From NCBI RefSeq assembly GCF_009834535.1, contig NC_045697.1:32614001-32678000 (forward strand): a stretch of DNA of 64,000 bases. Reading direction: 5' to 3'. The notes under the pieces were generated by a model that worked only from the letters and a program-made list of their open reading frames with translations, was not told where the DNA came from and did no database searches. This document shows, one piece after another, positions 25,275 through 37,000 of this stretch. A program made the translations under genes and the position numbers. This stretch comes from Camelus ferus. Lineage: Eukaryota. The first letter of the stretch is position 1. Every line of letters begins with the position of its first letter.

Positions 25275-28200
25275 TGTGAAAACAAATCTATAGGACACAG
25301 CAAAAGTAATTCTAAGAGGAAATTTTATAGCCATACAAAGCTATCTCAAAATTTAAAAAAAAATCTCAAGAACCTAATTTACCTATAAAGAACCTATAAA
25401 GAAGGAAAAACAAACAAAATCCAACATTAGTAGAGGAAAGAAATAAAGATTAGAGCAGAAATAAATGAAATAGAGACTAAGAAAATGATAGAAAAGACCA
25501 ATGAAAGTAAGACCTGGTTCTTTGAAAAGATAAACAAAAATCATACACCTTTAGCCAGACTCATCAAGAAAAAAAAAAGGGTTCAAATCATTTATATCAG
25601 AAATGAAAAGAAAAAGTTACAACTGATATCACAGAAATACAAAGGCTCATAAAAGACTATTATGAACAAATATCTGCCAATAAAATTGACAACCTAGAAG
25701 AAATGGACAGATTCCTAGAAATGTACGATTTCCCAAGACTGCACTAGGAAGAAATAGAAATTATGAGCACATCAACTGCCAGTAATTAAACAAACAAACA
25801 AATAAAAACTCCCAAAAACAGAAGTCCAGAACCAGATGGCTTCACTGGGGAATTCTATTAAACAATTAGAGAAGAGTTAACACCTGTATTTCTCAAAGTA
25901 TTCCAAAAACTTGCAGAAGAATGAATGCTTCTGAACTCATTCTATAATGCCGGCATCACCCTGATACTAAAACCAGACACAGATATGACAAAAAAGGAAA
26001 ATTACAGACCAATAGCAGTGATGAACACAGATGCAAAAAGATTCAATATCAGCAATCTGAATCCAACAATACTTCAAAATAATCATATGCCATGATCAAT
26101 AGGATTTATCCCAGAGAGGAAACAAATTTTAATATCTGCAAATCAATGTCATAAACCATATTAACGAAGAATAAAAACCATATGATCATCTCAATAGATG
26201 CAGAAAAAGCCTTTGATAAAATTTAATATCCATTTATGATAAAAACACTCCAGAAAGTGGGTGTAGAGGGAACATACCTCAACATAATAAAGGCCATATA
26301 TGACAAGTCCACAGCTAACATCACACTCAGTGATGAAAAGATGAAAGCATTTCCTCTAAATGCTCAGGAACAAGACAAGGATGTCCATCCTCACCACTTT
26401 CATTCAACACAGTATTAGAAGTTCTAGCCACATCAATCAGAAAAGAAAAAAAAAAGAAAAAAATAATCCAAGTTGGAAAGAAATTAGTAAAATTGTCATT
26501 GTTTGCTGATGACATGATACTATACATATAAAATCCTAAAGACACCACCAGAAAACTACCAGAGCTCATCAATGAATTAATATAGTTGCAGGACACAAAA
26601 TTAATACACAGAAACCTGTTACATTTCTATACAGTAACAATAAACTCTCAGAAAGAGAAATTAAGGAAGTGACCTCATTCATAATAGCTTCAAAAGAATA
26701 AAATACCTAGGAGTAAGCCTACCTAAGGAGGTAAAAGACTTGTACTTAGAAAACTATGGCATTGATGAAAGAAACTGAAGACAACATGGAAAGATATACC
26801 ATGTTTATGGACTGGAAGAATTAATTTTGTTAAAATGACCATACTATCCAATGGAACCTACAGATTCAAGGCAATCCCTATCAAAATACCAATGGCATTC
26901 TTCACAAACTAGAACCAATAATTTAAAAACTTGTATGGAAACACTACAGACCCCAAATGGCCAAAAGAACCTTGAGAAAGAAGAACAAAACTGGAGGAAT
27001 TATGCTCCCTGACTTCAGACTATAGTATGAGGTTACAGTAATTAAAACAGTATGATATTGGCACAAAACAGACACGTAGGTCAATGCAACAGAGTAGGGA
27101 ACCCAGAAATAAACCCACATACTTACAATCAATCTATGACAAAGGAGGCAAGAATGTACAATGGAGAAAAGACAGTCCCTTCAACAAGTGGTGTTGGGAA
27201 AGCTGAACAGCAACATGTAAATGAATGAAATTAGAATACTTCCTCACACCATATAAAAAAAAACCCCGAAATGATTTAAATACCCAAATGTAAGACAGGA
27301 CACCATAAAACTCTTAAGAGAAATCATAGGCAGAACACTCTTTGACATAAATTGTAGCAATATCTTTTTGGATCCTAAAACAAAGTCAATAAAAGTAAAT
27401 ATAAACTAATGGGACCCAATTAAACTTAAAAGCTTTTGCACAGTAAAGGGAACCTTGGAGAAAAATGAGAAGACAACTTACTGATAGGGAGAAATATATG
27501 CAAATGATATTAATGATAAGGGCTTAATATTCAAAATATATAAATAGCTCATACATCTGAATATCAAAAAACCCCCAAACTAGACAACCCAATTGAAAAA
27601 TGGGCAGAAGATCTGATATTTTTCTGAAGAAGACATACAGAATGCCAGCAGGCACATGAAAAGATTCTCAACATCATTATTTATCAGGAAAATGCAAATC
27701 AAAACCACAATAAGATATCACCTCACGCCGTCAGAATGGCTATTATCAAAAAAAAATGCAACTAACGAATATTGGGTAGAATGTGGAGAAAAGGGAACTC
27801 TCATACACTGTTGGTGGGAATATAAATTGGTGCAGCCACTGTGGAAAACAGTATGAAGTCTCTAAAACTGAAAATAGAACCACCATATGACCCAGCAATT
27901 CTGCTTCTGGGTGTCTATCTGAAAAAATAAAACGAAAACACTAATTCAAAAGATACATGCATCTCAACATTCACAACAGCATTATTTACAACTGTCAAGA
28001 TATGGAAGCAACCTAAGTGTCCATCAACAAATAAATGAATATAGGAGATCTGATTATGGATAGATAGGCAGACAGACAGACTACTAGCTAGCTATTCAAT
28101 GGAATACTACTCAACCACAGAAAGAATTAAATGCTGTCATTTGCAACAACATGGATGGACTTGGAGGGTATTATGCTAAGTGAAGTTAAATCAGACAGAG

Positions 28201-28545
28201 AAAGACAAATACTGTATATGATATCCTTTATATGTGGAATCTACAAAAAATACAACTCGTGAACATAACAAAAAAGAAATAAACTCACAAATATAGAGAA
28301 CAAACCAGTGAGGAGAGGAAAGGGGGGGAGAGGCAAGATAAGGGTAGGTAAGAGTTACCAATTCCTATGTATAAAATAAATAAGTTAAAGGATATATATT
28401 ACAGCACAGGGAATATATCCAATATTTTGTAATAAATAAAGATAAAATAAAACCTTTGAAAATTGTTTATTACTATTTTGTACCTCTGAAAACTCACGTA
28501 ATATTCTACATCAAATACACCTCAATAAACATTTTTTAAATACAA
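25275..28545 (+). mobile_element. 5'-truncated L1, ~3.3 kb (most of ORF2 including RT domain, plus 3' UTR), inactivated
   Basis: GATGCAGAAAAAGCCTTTGATAAAATT (DAEKAFDKI), TTGTTTGCTGATGACATGATAC (LFADDMI), ORFs 26236..26418 and 27656..27856; many stops and indels. Confidence 0.95.
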
Positions 28546-29169
28546 GAAATAAATATATTTGTATACCTATTTTCATACATATGAATATATTTATAATATA
28601 TATGTAATATGTATATGGTATCTCTCTCCATCACTCTATCTTTCCGTATATATGTTAGATGTTATATCTCTGGAGAACCCATACTAATACAGATTTTTAA
28701 TCTCAAGGGTGGTTCTAGAGGAACAGAATGTTATAGATGAACTTTCAGAATTGGTTTTGGGTTTTTGGAATTGACTCTGAAATCTGACTAGGTTTAAGAA
28801 CACAAATGACTCTATTTCCAGTATTGGAGAGAGCACCAATAATCCATGGTTTAATCAGTCAACAATGGTTTGCAAAATATCTCCACTGGATACTCTCATC
28901 AACCACTTATAAGAAGCAAGGAACTGGGTGACCGTGTATGTGATACTTTTGAACACTTTTTTTAAAAACCTAACAAAAATAATGAGATTGGCTGGCTGTT
29001 TCTATGTCACTGGCAAAGTGGAGAAAGGAAAAGATGATCCCAAACACCAAAAAAAAACCCCTGAAATCTTCTGAGTACCCTGAAAGAGACCCATGTTTCC
29101 TTGAATTAAGATGAGGCTAGGTCTTGAGGATTACAAAAAAAAAAAAAAAAAAAAAAAAGTATAGCATTA

Positions 29170-29665
29170 TTCTTTCTCTCAGTCTTCTCCAAAGGGACCT
29201 ACAGTCTTTTGCCAGGATAACTTTGTATTGTGGAAATGGAAATAATCACATATTTCAGGGACTACTGGACATTGGATCTGAACTGACAATTCCAGCAGAC
29301 CTAAAACATCACTGTAGTCCAATAGCCAGAGTAGGGGCTTCTGGAGGGCAAAGGATCAATGGAGTTTTAGCTCAGGTCCATTTGACAGTGGGCCTGGTGG
29401 TTCTCTGAACATATTCTATGGCTATTTCCCTATTTCCAGAATGCATAATTAGAATAGATATACTAAGCAGATTGCAGAATTCCCTCATTGGTTCATTGAC
29501 CTATGGAGTAAGGGCTATTATAGTGGGAAAGGCCAAGTTGAAGCCAACTAAACTGCCTCTACCTAGGAAAACAGTAAATCAAAAGCAATAGTACATTCCT
29601 GGAGGGAGTTCAGAGATTAGCGGCACTATCAAGGACTTGAAAGATCAATGGGTCGTGATTCTTAC
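29170..29665 (+). pseudogene. ERV-L aspartic protease and start of reverse transcriptase (decayed)
   Basis: ORF 29124..29408 has FQGLLDIGSELT...VGASGGQRINGVLAQVHLTVG (ERV-L protease LLDTGSELT); downstream QKQ*YIPGG...ISGTIKDLKD. Confidence 0.85.
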
Positions 29666-29872
29666 TATCCTTCCACAAATAAGAAGGAATTCCTATCTGC
29701 GTGATATGTCTTCTATCCTCTTCCATTCCATCTGCCTAAAAGACATTCATCCTCTCCTGCCTGCAGATCCATAGTGGATCTATACCATTGGCTTTCCTGG
29801 GTCTCCAGCTTGCAGGCTACAGATAATTGGGACTTTCCAGTCTCTATATCCAAGTGAACCAATTCCTTATAG

Positions 29873-29894
29873 TCAATCAATCAATCAATCAATC
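29873..29894 (+). repeat. (TCAA)n microsatellite inside the LTR
   Basis: TCAATCAATCAATCAATCAATC read directly. Confidence 0.9.
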
Positions 29895-30671
29895 AGTCAC
29901 TATCTCTCCCCCTATCCCTACATCTCCCAGGCTAATATACCTGTAGTTTTTGATAAAAAAAAAGAGGCAAATACAAATATAAAAAATGAAGAAAGATGGT
30001 TAATATAGCTATTAATGAAGAGTATCTTAGCAGATTAGAAAAGGATAATTTAATTATTCTCTTATCCCTCTCCCCCTCTCATTTTACCTAGATTTGTTCC
30101 AGGAGGAAATTATGATTGCTTAAGTTAGATAAAAATTTCCAGCCTAGAAATTAGGGCCCAGCATTACCAAATCTTCTATATTTTAACACAAAACAAAACT
30201 CCAGACACTTTATTTAAACTTTCCAAGTTTTAAATGTTAGCTCAGAAATTTTAAAACACTGTAATACACAAACACACAAATGTCTATTGATCAAACTCAA
30301 CCCACACTCCAAGATTTTGTCCTTTGTTAAAAGGTAAGGATCACCACCTATGTTTAGATAACATTTCCTAAACATTGAGGTTTAAATCTAAAACTCTTGT
30401 TATCACTAGGAATTAGTGAAATCATATTTCTTGGCAAAATGTGGCATATAAATGGTCAATGCTTTATTTAGGGGAATAAAAATGTACTTTAAGAAGAAAC
30501 TGAATTAAGAGTTAGACATGATGAGAATTTTCAAAACGTTAAAGACCCAATAAGCACATATCCCTAAATGGAAGTATATTCCTTTCTCATGTCTGAGGGA
30601 GCTGAGGAAATACTGGTAAGCAATTCAGAGCTCTTTTGTTTTTAGAAATACCCTCAGAGACATATGTACTT

Positions 30672-30795
30672 CACTCATTTAGCAAATATGTATTCATTAC
30701 CTATGGTTTGTATGCTAAGAATTGAACGTACAGTGTCATGTAAAACAGTCATGATTCCATACCTTCATGGAACATTTGGTCATATCTAAAGTCTG
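30672..30795 (-). mobile_element. L2 3' end
   Basis: CACTCATTTAGCAAATATGTATT...AAAACAGTCATGATTCCATACCTTCATGGAAC. Confidence 0.6.
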
Positions 30796-31410
30796 TAAGA
30801 GTGAATGAGGAGGGGTGGAGAGAGAGAGAAAGAGTGATGCAGAGGTGAAGAGAAGGATGGAAGGAGGAACAGCAGGAAAAAATAAACTAACAATGCCAAT
30901 AAAATTTGAACTATGAACAGCTGTTAAATACAACCCTTGATCCATTAATTAGTAGGTTTATTGTCATATTGTTAAATGTAGATTAGTTAAATATTACATG
31001 AAGTTTACCAAAAATGATAATTTGGGGTGGGAGAGGAAAGGATAGTGATAAGCCATTCTGTTTGACTATAATTAAATATCTATGCCAGTTGTATATCAAA
31101 ACCACTTTAGTTTGTGGAAATAAAATCAAAGAAACTGTATCACATCCACATGTGTAGTGTTTCTTTTTGTCAGGTTTCTATACAATTTTATATAATTCAT
31201 GGCTCATGATAAATAAAGTACTTGCATAGTTACATTTTTTCCTACTATACTTCGTTTAGATCGATGTTGGACTTAGTGGTCGCTCCATATCTTGTCATAA
31301 TAACGACACTAGAATTAAAGAATGTTACCTGGAGGGAGTTTAAGTGTTTATCTTTTCATTTTTCAACATTGCATAGGTATAAAGATTGAGATATAGAGAA
31401 GTAAAGTGTT

Positions 31411-31649
31411 GCAGGGAGAGATAAATTAGGAATTTGGGATTAACAGGTACACATCACTATATATAAAATACATAAACAACAAGGACCTACTGTATAGCAC
31501 AGGAAACTATTTCAATTTCTTATAATAAGCTATAATGGAAAATAATCTGAAAAAATACATGTATGTATGTGGATAACTGAATTGCTTTGCTGTACACATG
31601 AAACTAACACTATAAATTAACTACACTTCAATAAAAATAAAATTAAAAA
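31411..31649 (+). mobile_element. 5'-truncated L1_Art-like 3' UTR with TSD, inserted in a MIR
   Basis: GATAAATTAGGAATTTGGGATTAACAG...CAACAAGGACCTACTGTATAGCACAGG; A-tail; TSD AAGTAAAGTGTT 31399-31410 / AAGAAAAGTGTT 31650-31661. Confidence 0.88.
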
Positions 31650-33699
31650 AAGAAAAGTGTTTTGTGAAGAGTTTATAGGAACAGGTAGAGGTTGCCTACA
31701 TAGAAAGAGGGTACTTTAGATGACAATACAGAAATGTCTGTTTATAAGATATGTTTAAAATTCATCTATATTGTTAACATGATGTGGATACTGTATAATA
31801 AATTTAATTCATAAAGGATATTCTTTCCAACCTTGATTGAAGTAATTTCCTGCAAGTTTTGGTTGGCACTACTTTTGACTTTAGGTGCTATGAGCTTTGC
31901 TGTACCTGGCTGACTGTTATGGTTTATTCAGTGGTCAGTCTCACTAGTCAAAGAGAAGCGAGTTTAGAAAGCATGTGAGGTGGTAGCTCCTGAGTAAGCT
32001 ATAAAGTTCAGCCAGTAGTTGCAGGGGTCAGGAAGGAGTACAGATTTGAAGTCAATTTCTGGATTAGAGTTATTGCTGGTGAACATTATGGTACTAGAAC
32101 TAAGTATCTCAACACAAAACAAAGATCAGCAATTATAATCTTCCTGTAAACAGCTCTTATCAACATCATTCTCCTGGTTTTTGTTCTAATGGACTTATGA
32201 GCCCTTTGCTTCTAATATATTCAAGTCAGGATACTAAAAAAATGTCTTCAGCCATATATTTGGAATTCAGTTTTCGTGCACTGTATGCTTTCTGCAGTCT
32301 CTAAACTGAATGATTTGATCTTTAATTTAAAAAGTCATTATTGACCTATATAATTTGTGTTAGAGATATCTGGTTACTGTGTGTTGATGGAGGATTCTAG
32401 TTTTTGTAGCAATATACCATGGGCAGCCGTACATAAACAACAGTAAATAAAAAGATTATCTGGATCTCTTACTCAAGAAATTGATTTTCTGTAGGATCCT
32501 ATTTAAAGTCTTATTCTGGGAATAAGACAGCAGTGTTTTATAAAGAAAACACTGTCATGCTTAAGAAATCAATCTTACAGAGAAAGAAAAAGACACAAAA
32601 GAAACATTATTTGAAGCAAAGCTGAGTTTTACTATTGCGTTTCAGGTCAGTGTTTTTACACAGTACATGAGCAAACTCATCACCCCTTGTTGTCCAGTTC
32701 AATCATGGAGAGACATGTTTGGTATATACAAAGGAAAAGAACTTGAAAATGTTCTGTAACGCTTTGTTCAAAGCCCATGGGGAAATCGTTCTAAAAATGT
32801 TTTATGTGTATGTGAGATTTATCTTTAAAAAAAGTTTTCATAAATGCTTTTGATCTTTTCCTACTGTCACTTTTAAAGAGCATACTATTCTATGATCTGC
32901 TTGGTCCCCTGTCTCTGTGTAATGTCTCAATTTCTACTTACTAGAAAATCCTTTACAAGAACACAAGATTTTAGGATAGCAAAGAGAAAAGAAAACTGAT
33001 TTTTTTTTGAGATTATAGATATTAAATACTGGTATTCTGAAGACAAATATAACTGATAAACATCAGTAGAAAATGAATATACATTACCAAACAGAGAATG
33101 TTTATTAGGATCCAAAATTGAAAGGATATTTCTCTAAGGAAATCAAAAGAACTTTCTTTAGGCAAGCTTGGAAGTTAAAATCTTCACAAATATCTGTTTT
33201 TAAACAATCTAATTTTCTCTGCTTATAAAGAAAGAAAAATTGCATTTACTGTTTTGAAACATGACAAAGTTATATAGGTAAAACTACTTATAACTCTTCA
33301 AGCATTATGCAAATTTTAAGATTATAATGACTATAATTATAATCATTTAACAAAAAATTAATTAACTCCAATAATTGAACAGTATTTAATAATTCTAATT
33401 ATTTTCACTTTCATAATCTCAAAATTTCACCCAGAGTAAATCTGCTTTGTAGGAAGTAGAGTAATACTTCTTTTCAGCTAATAAAAGAGAAGTTTTGAGG
33501 CCAGTCTGAGTTTGTTCCTACCCCAGACCAATGATGACTGCCATTGTGGAACAGGACCAAACACTTAGTTCTTATCACAAAGCATCAATTCTGCTTATAA
33601 AAGGGACTAACATGCATTTGCAATATGACAAATGGCCATACATATCTTCATTCCCTTTCCAAACAGAGTAAAGGAAATACCTTTTTTTGGAAACACAGT

Positions 33700-34045
33700 A
33701 GGATGTGTGCTCTCAGTATTTCCACGGTAGTCATTAAGAGTGTTCTCAATATTCCAGCTGTCTCCTTATAGTGGCAAGGCTGTATTAACCTTCTCAACAA
33801 CTTGGGGTTAGATATGGCCATGTGACTTTTTCCTTAAGACATGTAAGTAGAAATGGTAAGCATAACATTCAGGATGAAGCAGTGAGCAACCAACCGTGCA
33901 TGCTTTTCTTTTTCTTTTTTAAAATTTTGCTTCCTTTTGGCATGGTGATTGGCAAGATGGTGGCTGTTCTTTCAACATGGACTGACAAAAATGATATTAG
34001 TAGAGCACCTTGCTACCCCACATATAGGTGGAAAATGCAGTAAAA
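33700..34045 (+). mobile_element. Old MaLR LTR fragment (MLT1 family)
   Basis: GTTAGATATGGCCATGTGACTT...ATGTAAGTAGAAATG, CAAGATGGTGGCTG. Confidence 0.5.
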
Positions 34046-37000
34046 TCAACTTTTTTTTTTTTTTTTGGTTTGCAGTTATATGAGTTTATATAGATTTATA
34101 TAAACACCAACACAGTTAGTATATACAACACTTACATCATTTCCAAAATTTCCCTCTTTTCATTTTTGTAGTCAAACATTCTTCCTCACTCAAACCTCTG
34201 GAAACCATTGATATTTTCTCTGGTCCTATAGTTTTATCTTTTCCAGAATGTCATATAAAATGGAACCATATAGAGCATAATATTCTGAGACTGGCTTTGT
34301 TCACTCAGCATAATGTCTTTTAGATTTACCAATGTGTCACATTGAAGCTCATTTCTTTTTATTGTGGAGTAAGTCTTTCATTGTATGAATGTAGTAGTTT
34401 CTTTATTCATCCACTTAATGAAGGACATTTTGATGACTTTCAGTTTTTTTCTTGTGATTATGAATAAAAAAGATATAAACCTTGTTTATAGGCTTTGATT
34501 TCAACATGAATTTTCATTTCACTCCTCAATATCAGAGTGGGAATTCTGGGTCACATAGTAAATGCATATGTAACTTACAAGAAACTTTTAAACTTTAGTA
34601 GAGCAGTGTACAATTTTACATTCCCACTACTTAAGTATGAGTCACAGTTGCTCTCTATCCACAACAGCACTTGATATTGTCAGATTTTATGAATTTAGCT
34701 ATTCTAATAGATGTGTAGTGGTATCTCATTATAGTTCAAATTTGAATTTCCTTAATGATTAATTAGGTCAAACATCTCATGTACTTATTTTCCATCTGCA
34801 CATCTTTTTTGGTCAAGTAACTCCTCAAGTCATTTGCCCATTTTTTTAACTGAGTGGTTTATATTCTTATCATGAGTTTTGAGAAATTTTTATATTTTCC
34901 GGATATAAGTTCTTTATTAGATACGTGATTGCAAATATTTCCTCTTTGTAACTTGCCTTTTCATTTTCTTTATAGTGTCTTTCATGGAGTAAATGTTTTA
35001 ATTCTAAAATCTAATTTATCAGTATTTTTCTTTTAAAGGTTTATCTTTTGTTGCTGTATCTAAGCATTCTATGTCTAATCCAAGATTATAAAGCTTTCTC
35101 CTAGGTTTTTTTTTTAAATTTCATTGTTTTGTGTTTTAAGTTAATGTCAATAATCCATTTTGTTATCATTTTAAAATGAAGTATAATTGATCAAAGACGT
35201 ATGACAGTTCCAGAGGCACAAGAAAGTAATTAGATATTTCTATACATTACAAAATGATCACCATAAGTCTAGTTACCATCTGTCACCATACAAATTCTCA
35301 CAATATTATTGACTACATTCCCCATGCTGTAAATTTCATTTTTTATGACTCACTTATTTTGAAACTAGAAGTTTCTACTACTTAACCTCCCTCACCTATT
35401 TCACCCACCCTCCTCTCCTCTAGCAACCATTTTTCCTCTGTATCTATGAGTCTGTTTCTGTCTTATGCTTGTTCATTATTTTTTTTTTAGATTTCACATA
35501 TAAGTGAAATTATATGGGATTTGTCTTTTTCTGATTTATTTCACTTAGCATAATACATTCCAGGCCCATCCATGTTTTCACAAATGGCAAGATTCAATTA
35601 TTTTTATGATTGAGTAACATTCCATTATCTGTCTGTCTATATGTCTGTCTGTCTATCTCTCTCTCACATATTCTTTATCCATCATCTATTGATGGCCACT
35701 TAGGTTGCTTCTATAGCTTGGTTACTGTAAATAATGTTGCCATGAACATAGGAGCACATATGTCTTTTCCAATTAGTGTTTTTGTTCAGAAAAATACCCA
35801 AGAAGTGAAATTGCTAGATTGTATGACAATTATATTTTTACTCGTCTGAGGAACCTCCAAGTGGCTGGGCCAACTTTCATTCCCACTGACACAGTACAAG
35901 GGCTCTTTCCTCCACATCCAAACCAACATTTGTTACTTACTGTCTTTTTTGATGATAGCCATTCTGATAAGTATGAAGTGGTATCTCATGATTTTGATTT
36001 GTATTTCCCTGATGATTAGTGATGTTGAACATCTTCTAATGTGCCTGTTGGCCATTTGTGTGTATTCTTAGGGGAAAAAAGTCTGTTCAGGTTCTCTGCC
36101 CATTTTTAATGAGGCTTTTTTTTATGTTCAGTTATGAGAGTTCTTTGTATATTTTGGATATCAACTCCTTATCAGATATATAGTTTGCAAATATCTTCTT
36201 CCATTCAGTAGGATGCCTTTATGCTCTGTTGATAGTTTCCTGTGCTGTGCAAAGCTTTTTAGTTTGATATAGTACCACTGTTTATTTTTTATTTTATTTC
36301 CATTGCCTGAGGAGACATATCAAAAAATATTAAGACCACGTAGCAGAATGTTTCCTTCTGGAAGTTTTATGGTTTCAGGTCTTACATTTAAGTCTTTAAT
36401 CCATTTTTAGTTTTTTTTTTCTTTATATACAGTGTGAGAATATAGTTGTTTCACTTTTTTCATGTAGCTTTCCAGTTTTCCCAATACCAATTATTGAAAA
36501 GGCTGTCTTTCCCCTGTCATCTCTGTCATAAATTAATTGACAATATACACATGGGTTTGATTCTTGGATCTCTATGATATTTGATTGATCTATGTGTCTG
36601 TTTTCCTTTTTAACCACTACCAAACTGTTTTAGTTATCATAGCTTTGTAATATAGCTGGAAATTAGAGATTGTGATATCTCCACCTTTGTTCTTCTTAAG
36701 ATTGTCTTGGCTATCCCAGATCTTCTATGTTTTCATACAAATTTTAGAATTACTTGTCCTATTCCTGTGAAAAAATCCCATTGGCATTTTGATACTGCAC
36801 TGAATCTGTAGATGGTTTTGGGTAGTATGGACATTTAGCAATATTAATTCTTTCAATCCATGAACATGGTGTATCATAGATATCTTTTCATTTTTTGCCT
36901 TTTTCAGTTTCTTCCATCAATGTCTTATAGTTTTCAGTGTGCAGGTCTTTCATTTCTTTGGTTTGATTGATTCCTAGGTATTTTAATCTTTTGATGCAAT

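Larger units (their letters stand above)
28600..29939 (+). mobile_element. Internally deleted ERV-L provirus with MLT2-type LTR ends
   Basis: LTR end TCTCTGGAGAACCCATACTAATACA (to 28691), ERV-L leader GATTTT...GTGGTTCTAGAGGAACAGAAT, gag 5' remnant, protease and RT start, then an MLT2-like 3' LTR half (CCTGGGTCTCCAGCTTGCAG...GTGAACCAATTCCTTAT...CTAATATA). Confidence 0.88.

Noticed and set aside
32646..32759. Acceptor TTGCGTTTCAG followed by a short open frame
   Set aside because: No good donor, no homology recognised, and the length is compatible with chance.
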